Part shown: positions 11,050-18,799 of the stretch, one piece after another | Position numbering within the stretch: the first letter of the stretch is position 1 | Layout of the letters: the number at the start of each line of letters is the position of its first letter | Source: Stellaceae bacterium | GTDB lineage: Bacteria > Pseudomonadota > Alphaproteobacteria > ATCC43930 > CGMCC-115725 | Assembly: GCA_035503615.1 (NCBI GenBank) | Contig: DATJTI010000031.1 | Span: 27,507 to 91,506, forward strand | Direction of reading: 5' to 3' | Length of the DNA stretch: 64,000 bases | The notes under the pieces: model-generated | Told to the model about the DNA's origin: nothing | What the model saw: only the letters and a program-made list of their open reading frames with translations | Database searches by the model: none | Position numbers and translations under genes: made by a program

Positions 11050-12573
11050 ATGATCGATCTCCAGACGGCGGCAGCAACCCTGCGCGACCCGTTGGTCGTG
11101 GCACTGGTGGTGTTCGCCCTGAGCGGCCTCGTGACGCACCTGCTGTTTCGCCGGCACCCGGTGCGGCGGGCAATCGTGCGGGTGGTCTTTCTGGTCGTCC
11201 TGACGATTCTGCTGATCCACGCCGGGGTGGTTCCTTATCAGCCGCTGCGGATGACCAACGGGCCGTTCCGCGATGTCGCGCATGCGATTTTGAAGATCGC
11301 CTGGTGGCTGTGGTCGGCCTGGTTCGTAGTCGGGATCCTGCGCGCCTTTGTCGTCACCGAGCACCGGAGCCACGACAGCAAACTCATTCAGGACCTGCTC
11401 GCCGGGCTCGTCTATCTCGCCGCCCTGTTCGCGATCATCGCCTATGTGTTCGACCTGCCGGTCAAGGGCCTGCTGGCGACGTCGGGGGCGATCGCGATCA
11501 TCCTCGGGCTGGCCTTGCAGAGCACATTGAGCGATGTCTTCTCGGGCATCGTACTGAATTTCAGCCGCCCCTACCGGCCGGGCGACTGGATCAGCATCGA
11601 CGGCACGACCGATGGCCGGGTGATCGAGATGAACTGGCGGGCAACGCACGTGCTGACCGCCAAACGCGACCTGGCGATCGTGCCGAACAGCGCCATCGCC
11701 AAAGCGAAGCTCGTCAATTCGAGCTCGCCTTCCGGCATTCACGGTCTCACCGTGACGATCGAACTCGATACCGCAGCCTTGCCGGCGGCCGGTGCCGAAA
11801 TCCTCGAACAGGCGATCCTGAATTCGCGGCTGATCCTGGCGACACCGGCCCCGTCGATCACAATCAAGTCGATCACCGCCAGCGCCATCGAATACGACAT
11901 CTCGGTTTTCGTCGAAGAGCTGGGACAGTCGACGCGCGCCCAGAATGAATTGTTCGACTACATCTCGCGGCATCTGGCGGCGGCCGGGATCGCGTTGGCT
12001 TCGAGCCAGAGCGTGGCTTATCCGGCGCTGCCGATCGCCGACCTGCCATCGCCCCGGAAGACCCGCGTCGAGCGGGTGTTCGACCTGCTCGACCTGTTCG
12101 TCGGTCTCAATGCGGCGGAGCGCAAGACGCTCGCCGGCAAGACCACGCAGCGCCATTACGAGAAGGGCGAGGTGCTGGTCGAACCGGGCGAGGTATTGCA
12201 TTCGCTCTACATGATCGGCTCCGGCGTGGTTTCGCTGAGCGTGATGGCGTCAGAAGGGGAGATCGAGCTGATGCGGCTCGGTCCCGGCGACCATTACGGC
12301 GAGGTCGGGCTGCTGACCGGCCACGCGACGGCCGGCCGGCTGTCGGCGCTGACGCCGGTCACGATCTATGAGCTGGCCAAGGAGGATTTGGCGCCGGTGC
12401 TGGAAGCTCGGCCCGAAGTCTCGCACGAGTTGTGCCGCGCGTTGGCGCGCCGCCAGGCCGCCGGCCAGCTGATCGCCTCGCCGGAGATCGACACATCATT
12501 GCCGGCCAACCGCGTCGCCGGCTGGTTCTCCGACCGGCTGCACCGCCTGTTCGACCTGGCTAGCACCGAATGA
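11050..12573 (+). CDS. Mechanosensitive (MscS-family) channel fused to a C-terminal cyclic-nucleotide-binding domain
   Basis: N-terminal TM helices are followed by the MscS core (LQSTLSDVFSGIVLNFSRPYRPGDWISIDG..GRVIEMNWRATHV) and then a cNMP-binding fold (GEVLVEPGEVLHSLYMIGSGVV...GPGDHYGEVGLL). The ORF is open from 10858. ATG 11050 was chosen. Confidence 0.8.
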   Translation: MIDLQTAAATLRDPLVVALVVFALSGLVTHLLFRRHPVRRAIVRVVFLVVLTILLIHAGVVPYQPLRMTNGPFRDVAHAILKIAWWLWSAWFVVGILRAFVVTEHRSHDSKLIQDLLAGLVYLAALFAIIAYVFDLPVKGLLATSGAIAIILGLALQSTLSDVFSGIVLNFSRPYRPGDWISIDGTTDGRVIEMNWRATHVLTAKRDLAIVPNSAIAKAKLVNSSSPSGIHGLTVTIELDTAALPAAGAEILEQAILNSRLILATPAPSITIKSITASAIEYDISVFVEELGQSTRAQNELFDYISRHLAAAGIALASSQSVAYPALPIADLPSPRKTRVERVFDLLDLFVGLNAAERKTLAGKTTQRHYEKGEVLVEPGEVLHSLYMIGSGVVSLSVMASEGEIELMRLGPGDHYGEVGLLTGHATAGRLSALTPVTIYELAKEDLAPVLEARPEVSHELCRALARRQAAGQLIASPEIDTSLPANRVAGWFSDRLHRLFDLASTE

Positions 12574-12668
12574 GCGCGCCGGCTCTGCACCCGGGCTCGA
12601 ATAGCGGCCTCGACGCAAGCGGCCGGGTTGCGCTAGAGCTTGTTGCGACCGACCGGGAGAACCGAAGC

Positions 12669-13043
12669 ATGGGCCGTTTGTTTCCGACCGTTCGCGGGTC
12701 GCTGATGGCCGCGGCGATCCTCGTCGCGGCGACCCCCGCCTTCGCCGGCTATGGCGCGATCGCCTGGGACCGGACGAGCGGCAAATATGGCGGCACCTGG
12801 AACCAGGCGACGGCGCAGGCGGCGGCCGAGCGCGCGCTCAGCGATTGCGGCGCCACCGGCTGCAAGGTGATCATGCGCACCGGCACCGGGCAATGCGCGG
12901 CACTGGCAACGATCGCCAGCGGCAAATTCGTCGGTGCGGCGTCGCGCAAGACCGTCGAGGAAGCGCGGCTCGCAGCGCTCAGCAATTGTCAGAAAGGCAA
13001 TGCCGGCGACTGTGTCGTGCGCGCCAGCAACTGCAATAAATAG
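12669..13043 (+). CDS. Secreted DUF4189-like protein
   Basis: The signal peptide is LMAAAILVAATPAFAGYG. The body is two halves with paired Cys (ALSDCGATGCKV...QCAALA; ALSNCQKGNAGDCVVRASNC), as in DUF4189 proteins. Confidence 0.6.
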   Translation: MGRLFPTVRGSLMAAAILVAATPAFAGYGAIAWDRTSGKYGGTWNQATAQAAAERALSDCGATGCKVIMRTGTGQCAALATIASGKFVGAASRKTVEEARLAALSNCQKGNAGDCVVRASNCNK

Positions 13044-13080
13044 GGCCGGCTGAGAGAATGGGCTGGCACGGAACCGCAGA

Positions 13081-13941
13081 TCAGCCGAGTTGGTCGGCGG
13101 TGCCAAGGCCGGCCGCCTCGAGACCGGCCATCCGGGCCTGGCGCACCAGCTCGTCGCGCCCGTCGAGCATGTCGTCGAGCGAGCCGAACGCATTCATGTA
13201 GTGGCCGGTGAACCCGGCGGTCTCGATCCGCCGGAACATATCGACAAAATCAAGATCGCCGGCGCCAGGCTTCAGATGCACTTCATGACCGTTACGCCAG
13301 CAATCGGCGAGACGAACCTCCGCGACCCGGCTGATGTCGAGTGCTGCGACAAACCCGGCGACACCGTCAGCGACCAGATGCGCATGGTTGACCGTGAATG
13401 ACAGCCTGAACAGCGGCGAGCGGATCGCATCGAAGTAATAGCGCCACTCCTCGATCGTGTGCGCCAGATAGTGGATCTCGGCGTCGGTCGGCTCCTTGTT
13501 CAGGTTTTCCAGCAGCAGCGGCACGCCATGCGTCTCGGCCAGCGCCACGACGCGCTGCAGCCGCTCGCGCCCGGCCGCCATGCGCGCCGCCTTGTCAGAG
13601 CCGAAATGATAGCCCGCATGCACGATGATCCATCCGGCCCCGAGCCTCGGCGCGATCTCGACATGGGCGCCGAGATAGCGATCGACCGCGTCACCGACAT
13701 AGGGCGCCAACTCGGCGACGTTGACCGCCGAGGAGGTGTGCAAGCCGAACGCGACCCGGTGCCGCCGGCACGCCTCACGCACCCGCTGCGCGCGCGCATC
13801 ATCGAACCCGTCGAGCGAGTTGAGCGCGGTGCCGAGCTCGATATCGATCCGGCGGACCCGATGTTCGCCGGCCCAGGCGATGGCGTCCTCGAGGCTGAGG
13901 CGCCGTCCGACATCGACCCCGATCCGATCGTACAGATTCAT
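13081..13941 (-). CDS. Sugar phosphate isomerase/epimerase (xylose-isomerase-like TIM barrel)
   Basis: ATG 13941 is preceded by GGGAGG. The ~286-aa product has features of the family (IIVHAGYHFG, LLLENLNKEP, HAHLVADG). The ORF-track N-terminal extension to 14148 overlaps zur and is unlikely to be real. Confidence 0.65.
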   Translation of the reverse strand: MNLYDRIGVDVGRRLSLEDAIAWAGEHRVRRIDIELGTALNSLDGFDDARAQRVREACRRHRVAFGLHTSSAVNVAELAPYVGDAVDRYLGAHVEIAPRLGAGWIIVHAGYHFGSDKAARMAAGRERLQRVVALAETHGVPLLLENLNKEPTDAEIHYLAHTIEEWRYYFDAIRSPLFRLSFTVNHAHLVADGVAGFVAALDISRVAEVRLADCWRNGHEVHLKPGAGDLDFVDMFRRIETAGFTGHYMNAFGSLDDMLDGRDELVRQARMAGLEAAGLGTADQLG

Positions 13942-14116
13942 TCCATTGCCTCCCGGCGATAGCACAGCAGGCGCCCTGCCGCGATCGCGCCGCTTATACA
14001 GCAGCAGGCCGTCGCGGCAGGGCCGGCGGCGCAGTGCCCTCGGTCTTGCGCCGGCTCGGCCCGGTACCATAGAATCGCTGCAATCGACGCCCAGACTGGG
14101 CGCGAGGAGACCGGCG

Positions 14117-14590
14117 ATGAGGCCCCGGGATATCGAGGGTCCGGACATCGAGGGCGGGCTGGCGCGGGCACAGCGGCTTTGCGCTCTGCAAGGGAGGCGG
14201 CTGACCGCGATCCGGCGTCGGGTGCTCGAACTGATCCTCGCCGCCGACCAGCCGGTTGGCGCCTATGCGCTGCTGGCCGAATTGCAGCGCGAGCGCGGCC
14301 GGCTCGGTCCGCCGACGGTCTACCGCGCGCTCGATTTTCTGCTTGCCGGCAAGCTCATTCACAAGATCGAGAGTGCGAGCGCCTATGTCGCCTGCGCCGA
14401 TGTCGAGCACCCGCATGAAAGCCAGTTCGTGATCTGCGACGACTGCGGCGCCGCCGAGGAGATTCGCGACGAAGACATCGTGCAGCGGCTGCGCCGCCTG
14501 GGCGAAGGCCGCGGCTTTGCCGTCGTCCGGCAGGTGATCGAGGTGCGAGGGCTGTGCCCGCAATGCCGCGACGGCCAGCACCGCGGCTAG
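14117..14590 (+). CDS. zur: Fur-family metalloregulator, Zur-like
   Basis: A winged-helix region (RLTAIRRRVLELILAADQPVGAYALLAEL...PPTVYRALDFLLAGKLIHKIE) is followed by metal sites HPHESQFVICDDCG...GLCPQC. ATG 14117 was chosen within the longer ORF. Confidence 0.75.
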   Translation: MRPRDIEGPDIEGGLARAQRLCALQGRRLTAIRRRVLELILAADQPVGAYALLAELQRERGRLGPPTVYRALDFLLAGKLIHKIESASAYVACADVEHPHESQFVICDDCGAAEEIRDEDIVQRLRRLGEGRGFAVVRQVIEVRGLCPQCRDGQHRG

Positions 14591-14694
14591 GCTTGTGCCC
14601 GCGCGCGCTGCCGCCGCCGCTTGGCCTTGAGCTTGGCCTTGCGCCGGGCGATGCGCTCGCCGGTGCGGGGATGCCGCGGCTGGGCTCGCTTCAT
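14587..14694 (-). CDS. Possible 35-aa highly basic small protein
   Basis: The product would be MKRAQPRHPRTGERIARRKAKLKAKRRRQRARAQA. AGGAGA lies 6 nt upstream of ATG 14694. The gene is convergent with zur and overlaps its stop. I recognise no homolog. Confidence 0.35.
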   Translation of the reverse strand: MKRAQPRHPRTGERIARRKAKLKAKRRRQRARAQA

Positions 14695-14755
14695 GATCTT
14701 CTCCTGCGATGTAACGCGCCTCGGTGCATGGCGGGACCGTTCATCGCCGCACCGG

Positions 14756-15022
14756 TCATAGCCGCATCCAGGGCGGAAACAGCTCGTCGGGATCGTTGAC
14801 CCATACAAACGGGATGCCGTTCTGATCGGCGCAATCCACGACATGTCGGAACTCGGCGAGCACACCGGCATCGGGCCGGCTTTCGTCGACCAGCGACGAC
14901 CGGCCATGGACGAAGCGCCAGCTACCGATGATGCGGTCGGGGTCGGTCGCGCTGCGCGACACCTTGAATTCGATCAGGATGGCGTCGCCGGCCTCGCGTC
15001 TGTCCTCGATCACCGCCACCAT
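14756..15022 (-). CDS. Hypothetical 88-aa protein
   Basis: The product, MVAVIEDRREAGDAILIEFKVSRSATDPDRIIGSWRFVHG...GIPFVWVNDPDELFPPWMRL, has balanced, non-repetitive composition, unlike the antisense artefacts. No family is recognised. Confidence 0.5.
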   Translation of the reverse strand: MVAVIEDRREAGDAILIEFKVSRSATDPDRIIGSWRFVHGRSSLVDESRPDAGVLAEFRHVVDCADQNGIPFVWVNDPDELFPPWMRL

Positions 15023-15089
15023 CGGCGCCTCCTGCCGGCATCGCCGGTGCTCTTAACCGAAGCCCGCCCCGGCCATGCATTGCGGCGGC

Positions 15090-15167
15090 TGGGGCGAGTG
15101 ATCGGATTCGAACCGACGACATCCAGATCCACAATCTGGCGCTCTAACCAACTGAGCTACACCCGCC
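15090..15167 (-). tRNA. tRNA-His (GUG)
   Basis: The cloverleaf can be folded by hand. The acceptor stem is GCGGGTG/CACTCGC, the anticodon loop is TTGTGGA (GTG), and the T-loop is TTCGAAT. G-1, discriminator C73 and CCA are all encoded. Confidence 0.92.
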
Positions 15168-15204
15168 ACCGCCGGCGGAGGTAACGGTTCGCGCGCGATC
15201 CGTC

Positions 15205-15344
15205 AAGCACGGGCGATCGGACAAGCGCGGGCGATCCGGCAAGCGCGGGCGATCCGGCAAGCGCGGGCATCGGGCGAGCGCGGGCATCGGGCGAGCACGG
15301 GCGATCGGGCAAGCGCGGGCATCGGGCAAGCGCGGGCATCGGGG
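15205..15344. repeat. 17/18-bp tandem repeat array (about 8 units)
   Basis: Units of the form AAGCGCGGGCGATCCGGC / AAGCGCGGGCATCGGGCG and variants are arranged head to tail. The array fills most of the divergent spacer between tRNA-His and nnr. Confidence 0.85.
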
Positions 15345-15401
15345 TCGAAAGGACGGCGCGGCCGGCTTTCCGGCGCGGCGTCGGCGTCCCACATTCGGGC
15401 G

Positions 15402-16922
15402 ATGATAATTTCCCCCGAAGGCTGGCACCGGCACGCGCTGTTGGCGCCGCGGCAGATGGCCGAGGCCGACCGGCTGGCAATCGCCGGGGGTGCCGCCGGT
15501 AGCGTGCTGATGGAGAATGCCGGCGGTGCCGTCGCCGACGCAGTCTCGCGGCGCTGGCCGCCGCGGCCGGTCGCCGTGCTGTGCGGACCCGGCAACAATG
15601 GCGGCGACGGCTTTGTCGCGGCGCGCATCCTCGCCGCGCGCGGTTGGCCGGTGCGGCTGGCCTTGCTCGGCGAGCGTGCCGCATTGCACGGTGACGCGGC
15701 GGAAGCTGCGGCGCGTTGGCCGGGACCGGTCGAGCCGCTGGCGCCGGCGGCGCTCGACGATGCCGGCCTCGCGATCGATGCGATATTTGGCGCCGGGCTG
15801 GCACGCCCGATCGAGGGGGCGGCGCATGCCGTCATCGCGGCGCTGGGCACCAGGACGTTCGCTGGACGGGCCATCCCGGTCGTCGCGGTCGATGTGCCGA
15901 GCGGGATCGACGGCGCCAGCGGCGAGATCCGCGGGGCCGCACCGCGGGCGGCGTTGACCGTCACATTCTTTCGCAAAAAGCCCGGCCATCTGCTGCTGCC
16001 CGGCCGGATCTATTGCGGCGAGACCATATTGGCGCCGATCGGCATCCAGGATGCGGTGCTCGACCACATCGCCCCGGACACCGCCGCGAACGACCCGGGG
16101 TGGTGGGGCGGCGGTTTGCCGCGCCCCGGCCTCGAAGGCCACAAATACACCCGCGGGCATGCGCTGGTCGTCGGGGGCAGCGTGATGACCGGGGCCGGAC
16201 GCCTGGTCGCCGCCAGCGCCGCCCGGATCGGCGCCGGGCTGGTCACGCTCGCCGCGCCCGAGGCGGTGTTTGCGGTTTATGCCGCAGCGTTGACCGGTGT
16301 CATCGTCCATCCGGTGAGCGGGCTCGACGATGTCCGCGCATTGCTCGCCGACCCGCGGCGCAACGCTGCGGTGATCGGGCCCGGGGCCGGGGTCGGCCGG
16401 GAGACCCGCGAGGCGGCGCTGGCGATTCTCGCCGCCGGCAAGCGCGCGGTGCTCGACGCCGATGCTTTGACCTCCTTCGCCGGCGACCCCCAAGCCCTGT
16501 TTGCGGCGATCCGTTCACCGGTCGTGCTGACCCCGCATGAGGGCGAGTTCGCCCGCCTGTTCGAGGTCACCGGCAGCAAGCCCGAGCGGGCCCGTCTGGC
16601 GGCGCGCCAGAGCGGCGCCATCATCGTGCTCAAGGGTGCCGACACGGTGGTCGCCGCCCCGGACGGACGGGTCGCGATCAACAGCAATGCACCGCCCGAT
16701 CTCGCCACCGCGGGGAGCGGCGATGCGCTGGCCGGCATGGTGCTCGGCCTCCTGGCGCAGGGCATGGATCCGTTTGCTGCGGCCGCAGCGGCGGTCTGGC
16801 TGCATGGCGACGCCGCGCGCCGGGTCGGCGCCGGACTGGTCGCCGAGGATCTGGTCGGGGCGTTGGGTCCGACGCTGCGCGACCTCATCGCCGGTCGGCA
16901 GGCGCGCGCGCTTGGGGGTTGA
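15402..16922 (+). CDS. nnr: Bifunctional NAD(P)H-hydrate repair enzyme (epimerase / ADP-dependent dehydratase)
   Basis: The N-terminal YjeF_N domain carries LCGPGNNGGDGFVAAR. The C-terminal carbohydrate-kinase-like domain carries HKYTRGHALVVGGS...VLDADAL...LTPHEGEFARL...KGADTVVA...GSGDALAG. Confidence 0.9.
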   Translation: MIISPEGWHRHALLAPRQMAEADRLAIAGGAAGSVLMENAGGAVADAVSRRWPPRPVAVLCGPGNNGGDGFVAARILAARGWPVRLALLGERAALHGDAAEAAARWPGPVEPLAPAALDDAGLAIDAIFGAGLARPIEGAAHAVIAALGTRTFAGRAIPVVAVDVPSGIDGASGEIRGAAPRAALTVTFFRKKPGHLLLPGRIYCGETILAPIGIQDAVLDHIAPDTAANDPGWWGGGLPRPGLEGHKYTRGHALVVGGSVMTGAGRLVAASAARIGAGLVTLAAPEAVFAVYAAALTGVIVHPVSGLDDVRALLADPRRNAAVIGPGAGVGRETREAALAILAAGKRAVLDADALTSFAGDPQALFAAIRSPVVLTPHEGEFARLFEVTGSKPERARLAARQSGAIIVLKGADTVVAAPDGRVAINSNAPPDLATAGSGDALAGMVLGLLAQGMDPFAAAAAAVWLHGDAARRVGAGLVAEDLVGALGPTLRDLIAGRQARALGG

Positions 16923-16981
16923 CGGCGGCTGCGCCGTCGCGTCTCTGTCGGCCTCCGCCACAGCCCCCTGCCAACGCCATC

Positions 16982-18415
16982 ATGAGCGATCGTCCACCCG
17001 TCGGTTTTTTCGAGGGCGTTTTCGACCGGACGTTGACAAATCTGCGCACCGCGTGGCGCGATATCGCACTGTCCGCACGCGGGGTGCTGACCCGCACGCC
17101 GCGCCCAGAGCTGTCCGGGGACGACGCCGGAAGACTGCGCGAGCAGATGCTGCGCTGCCTTGACGGACGCGGTGGCGAGGTCACCGCCCGGGCCCGGGCC
17201 GCCGATCTCGGCCGCACTTACCTGTTGCTCGACGGCGACGGGCGCGAGCGCTTTCTGCGCCTCTTGGCCGGCGAGTTCGACGTCGACCGCGAGGCGATCG
17301 ACCGCTGCTGTGCCGCATTGTCGCGGGCCGAGGGAACCGCCGCGCGCGCCGCTGCCGAGCGCGAGCTGCGCAACGCCCTCGAACCGCCGCGCATCACCCT
17401 GCTGCGCCAGTTCAATGCATTGCCCGAAGGCGTCAAGTTCCTGGTCGACCGGCGGGCGGAGCTGATCGATCTCGGCCGGCACGACCCGCTGCTGCACGGT
17501 CTCGAAGAGGATTTGCGGCGGCTCCTGGCCAACTGGTTCGATATCGGTTTTCTCGAGCTGAAGCGGATCGGCTGGGAATCGCCGGCAGCTCTCCTCGAAA
17601 AGCTGATGGTCTACGAGGCGGTGCACGAGATCCGCAGCTGGACCGATTTGAAGAACCGGCTCGAAGCCGATCGCCGCTGCTTTGCCTTCTTCCATCCGCG
17701 CATGCCCGACGAGCCGCTGATCTTTGTCGAGATTGCTCTGGTCTCGGGCATGGCGAGCGATGTCAACGCGCCGCTCGACGAGGCCGCGCCGATCGGCGAT
17801 CCGCACGCGGCCGATACCGCGATCTTCTATTCGATCTCGAACTGCCAGCACGGGCTTGCCGGGATCAGCCTCGGCGACTTTCTGATCAAGCGGGTTGTCG
17901 ATGCGCTGACGCGCGACCTGCCGCAGCTGAAGGTGTTCGCGACGCTGTCGCCGATCCCCGGGTTCCGCAACTGGCTCGACCGGCAGGGCGAGGCGAACGG
18001 GGAGGCGCTGCTGCTGCCTGCCGAGCGCGCCGCGCTCGAACCCTTTGCCGAGCGGAACGAGGGGGGCCCGTTGCCGGCGCTGCTCGACCGCCGGGGCTGG
18101 CACGAAGAGCCGCTGCTCGCCACGGCGCTGCGCGAGCCGCTACTGCGTTTGTGCGCGCGCTACCTGCTGCGCGAGCGCGCGCCCTCGGGCCGGGCGCTCG
18201 ACCCGGTAGCACATTTTCATCTGACCAATGGCGCCCGCGTCGAACGGCTGAACTGGCAGGGCGACGTCTCGGTCAAGGGCTTGCAGCAATCCGCCGGGAT
18301 CATGGTGAACTATCTCTACCGGCTGGCGGAGATCGAGGCCAATCACGAGGCCTATCGCGGCGAAGGGCGGGTTGCCGCCTCGGGGGCGGTGCAGGCCCTG
18401 GCGCGGGCCGGTTAG
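16982..18415 (+). CDS. Malonyl-CoA decarboxylase
   Basis: Family-typical blocks are FFHPRMPDEPLIFVEIAL, FYSISNCQHGLAGISLGDFLIKRVV, ATLSPIPGFRNWL, VAHFHLTNGARVERLNW and GIMVNYLY. ATG 16982 (MSDRPPVGFF) was chosen. Confidence 0.88.
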   Translation: MSDRPPVGFFEGVFDRTLTNLRTAWRDIALSARGVLTRTPRPELSGDDAGRLREQMLRCLDGRGGEVTARARAADLGRTYLLLDGDGRERFLRLLAGEFDVDREAIDRCCAALSRAEGTAARAAAERELRNALEPPRITLLRQFNALPEGVKFLVDRRAELIDLGRHDPLLHGLEEDLRRLLANWFDIGFLELKRIGWESPAALLEKLMVYEAVHEIRSWTDLKNRLEADRRCFAFFHPRMPDEPLIFVEIALVSGMASDVNAPLDEAAPIGDPHAADTAIFYSISNCQHGLAGISLGDFLIKRVVDALTRDLPQLKVFATLSPIPGFRNWLDRQGEANGEALLLPAERAALEPFAERNEGGPLPALLDRRGWHEEPLLATALREPLLRLCARYLLRERAPSGRALDPVAHFHLTNGARVERLNWQGDVSVKGLQQSAGIMVNYLYRLAEIEANHEAYRGEGRVAASGAVQALARAG

Positions 18416-18615
18416 GCGACGGCCGCCCGCCCCCTGCGAACGCCGGGCATCGATGCGCAGACCGGCCTTGATCAGGATCGAGTGGCAAACCAGCTGATGC
18501 CTCTGCCGTCCGGTTGATGGCTCTGTCGCTAGGTGAGGGCCGATGTCTGTGCTAAGAACCGGCTCCGGCTGGCCCGGCGGGCCGCTCCGGCAGGGTGCCG
18601 CGACAGGAAGCTGGG

Positions 18616-18700
18616 GCGGGCGTGGCGGAACTGGCAGACGCACTGGATTTAGGTTCCAGCGATGCAAATCGTGGGGGTTCAAATCCCCCCGCCCGCACCA
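18616..18700 (+). tRNA. tRNA-Leu (UAG)
   Basis: The acceptor stem is GCGGGCG/CGCCCGC, the anticodon loop is TTTAGGT (TAG), a long variable arm is present, the T-arm is GGGGGTTCAAATCCCCC, and the 3' end is ACCA. Confidence 0.92.
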
Positions 18701-18799
18701 TGGGCGCGCCGGGATCATTGAAGAGAGGCTGTTGGCGATGAGGGGTTTGATGTCGATCGCTCGGACCGGGCGATCGCCCGGCTGCGGGGGCTGCACGCG

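Noticed and set aside
13942-14116. Search for a palindromic Zur box in the divergent isomerase/zur promoter region.
   Set aside because: I found no AT-rich inverted repeat resembling known Zur or Fur operators by eye, so no site can be supported without a matrix scan.
15205-15344. Possible CRISPR array (regular short repeats).
   Set aside because: The units are directly abutting with no unique spacers. The units are 17-18 bp, shorter than CRISPR repeats, and no cas genes are present. It was called a plain tandem repeat.
14587-15400. Possible genomic-island integration at tRNA-His (small orphan genes next to a tRNA).
   Set aside because: There is no integrase, no duplicated tRNA 3' end (att-like direct repeat) and no mobility genes in the flanks. 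The only unusual feature is the tandem repeat array.
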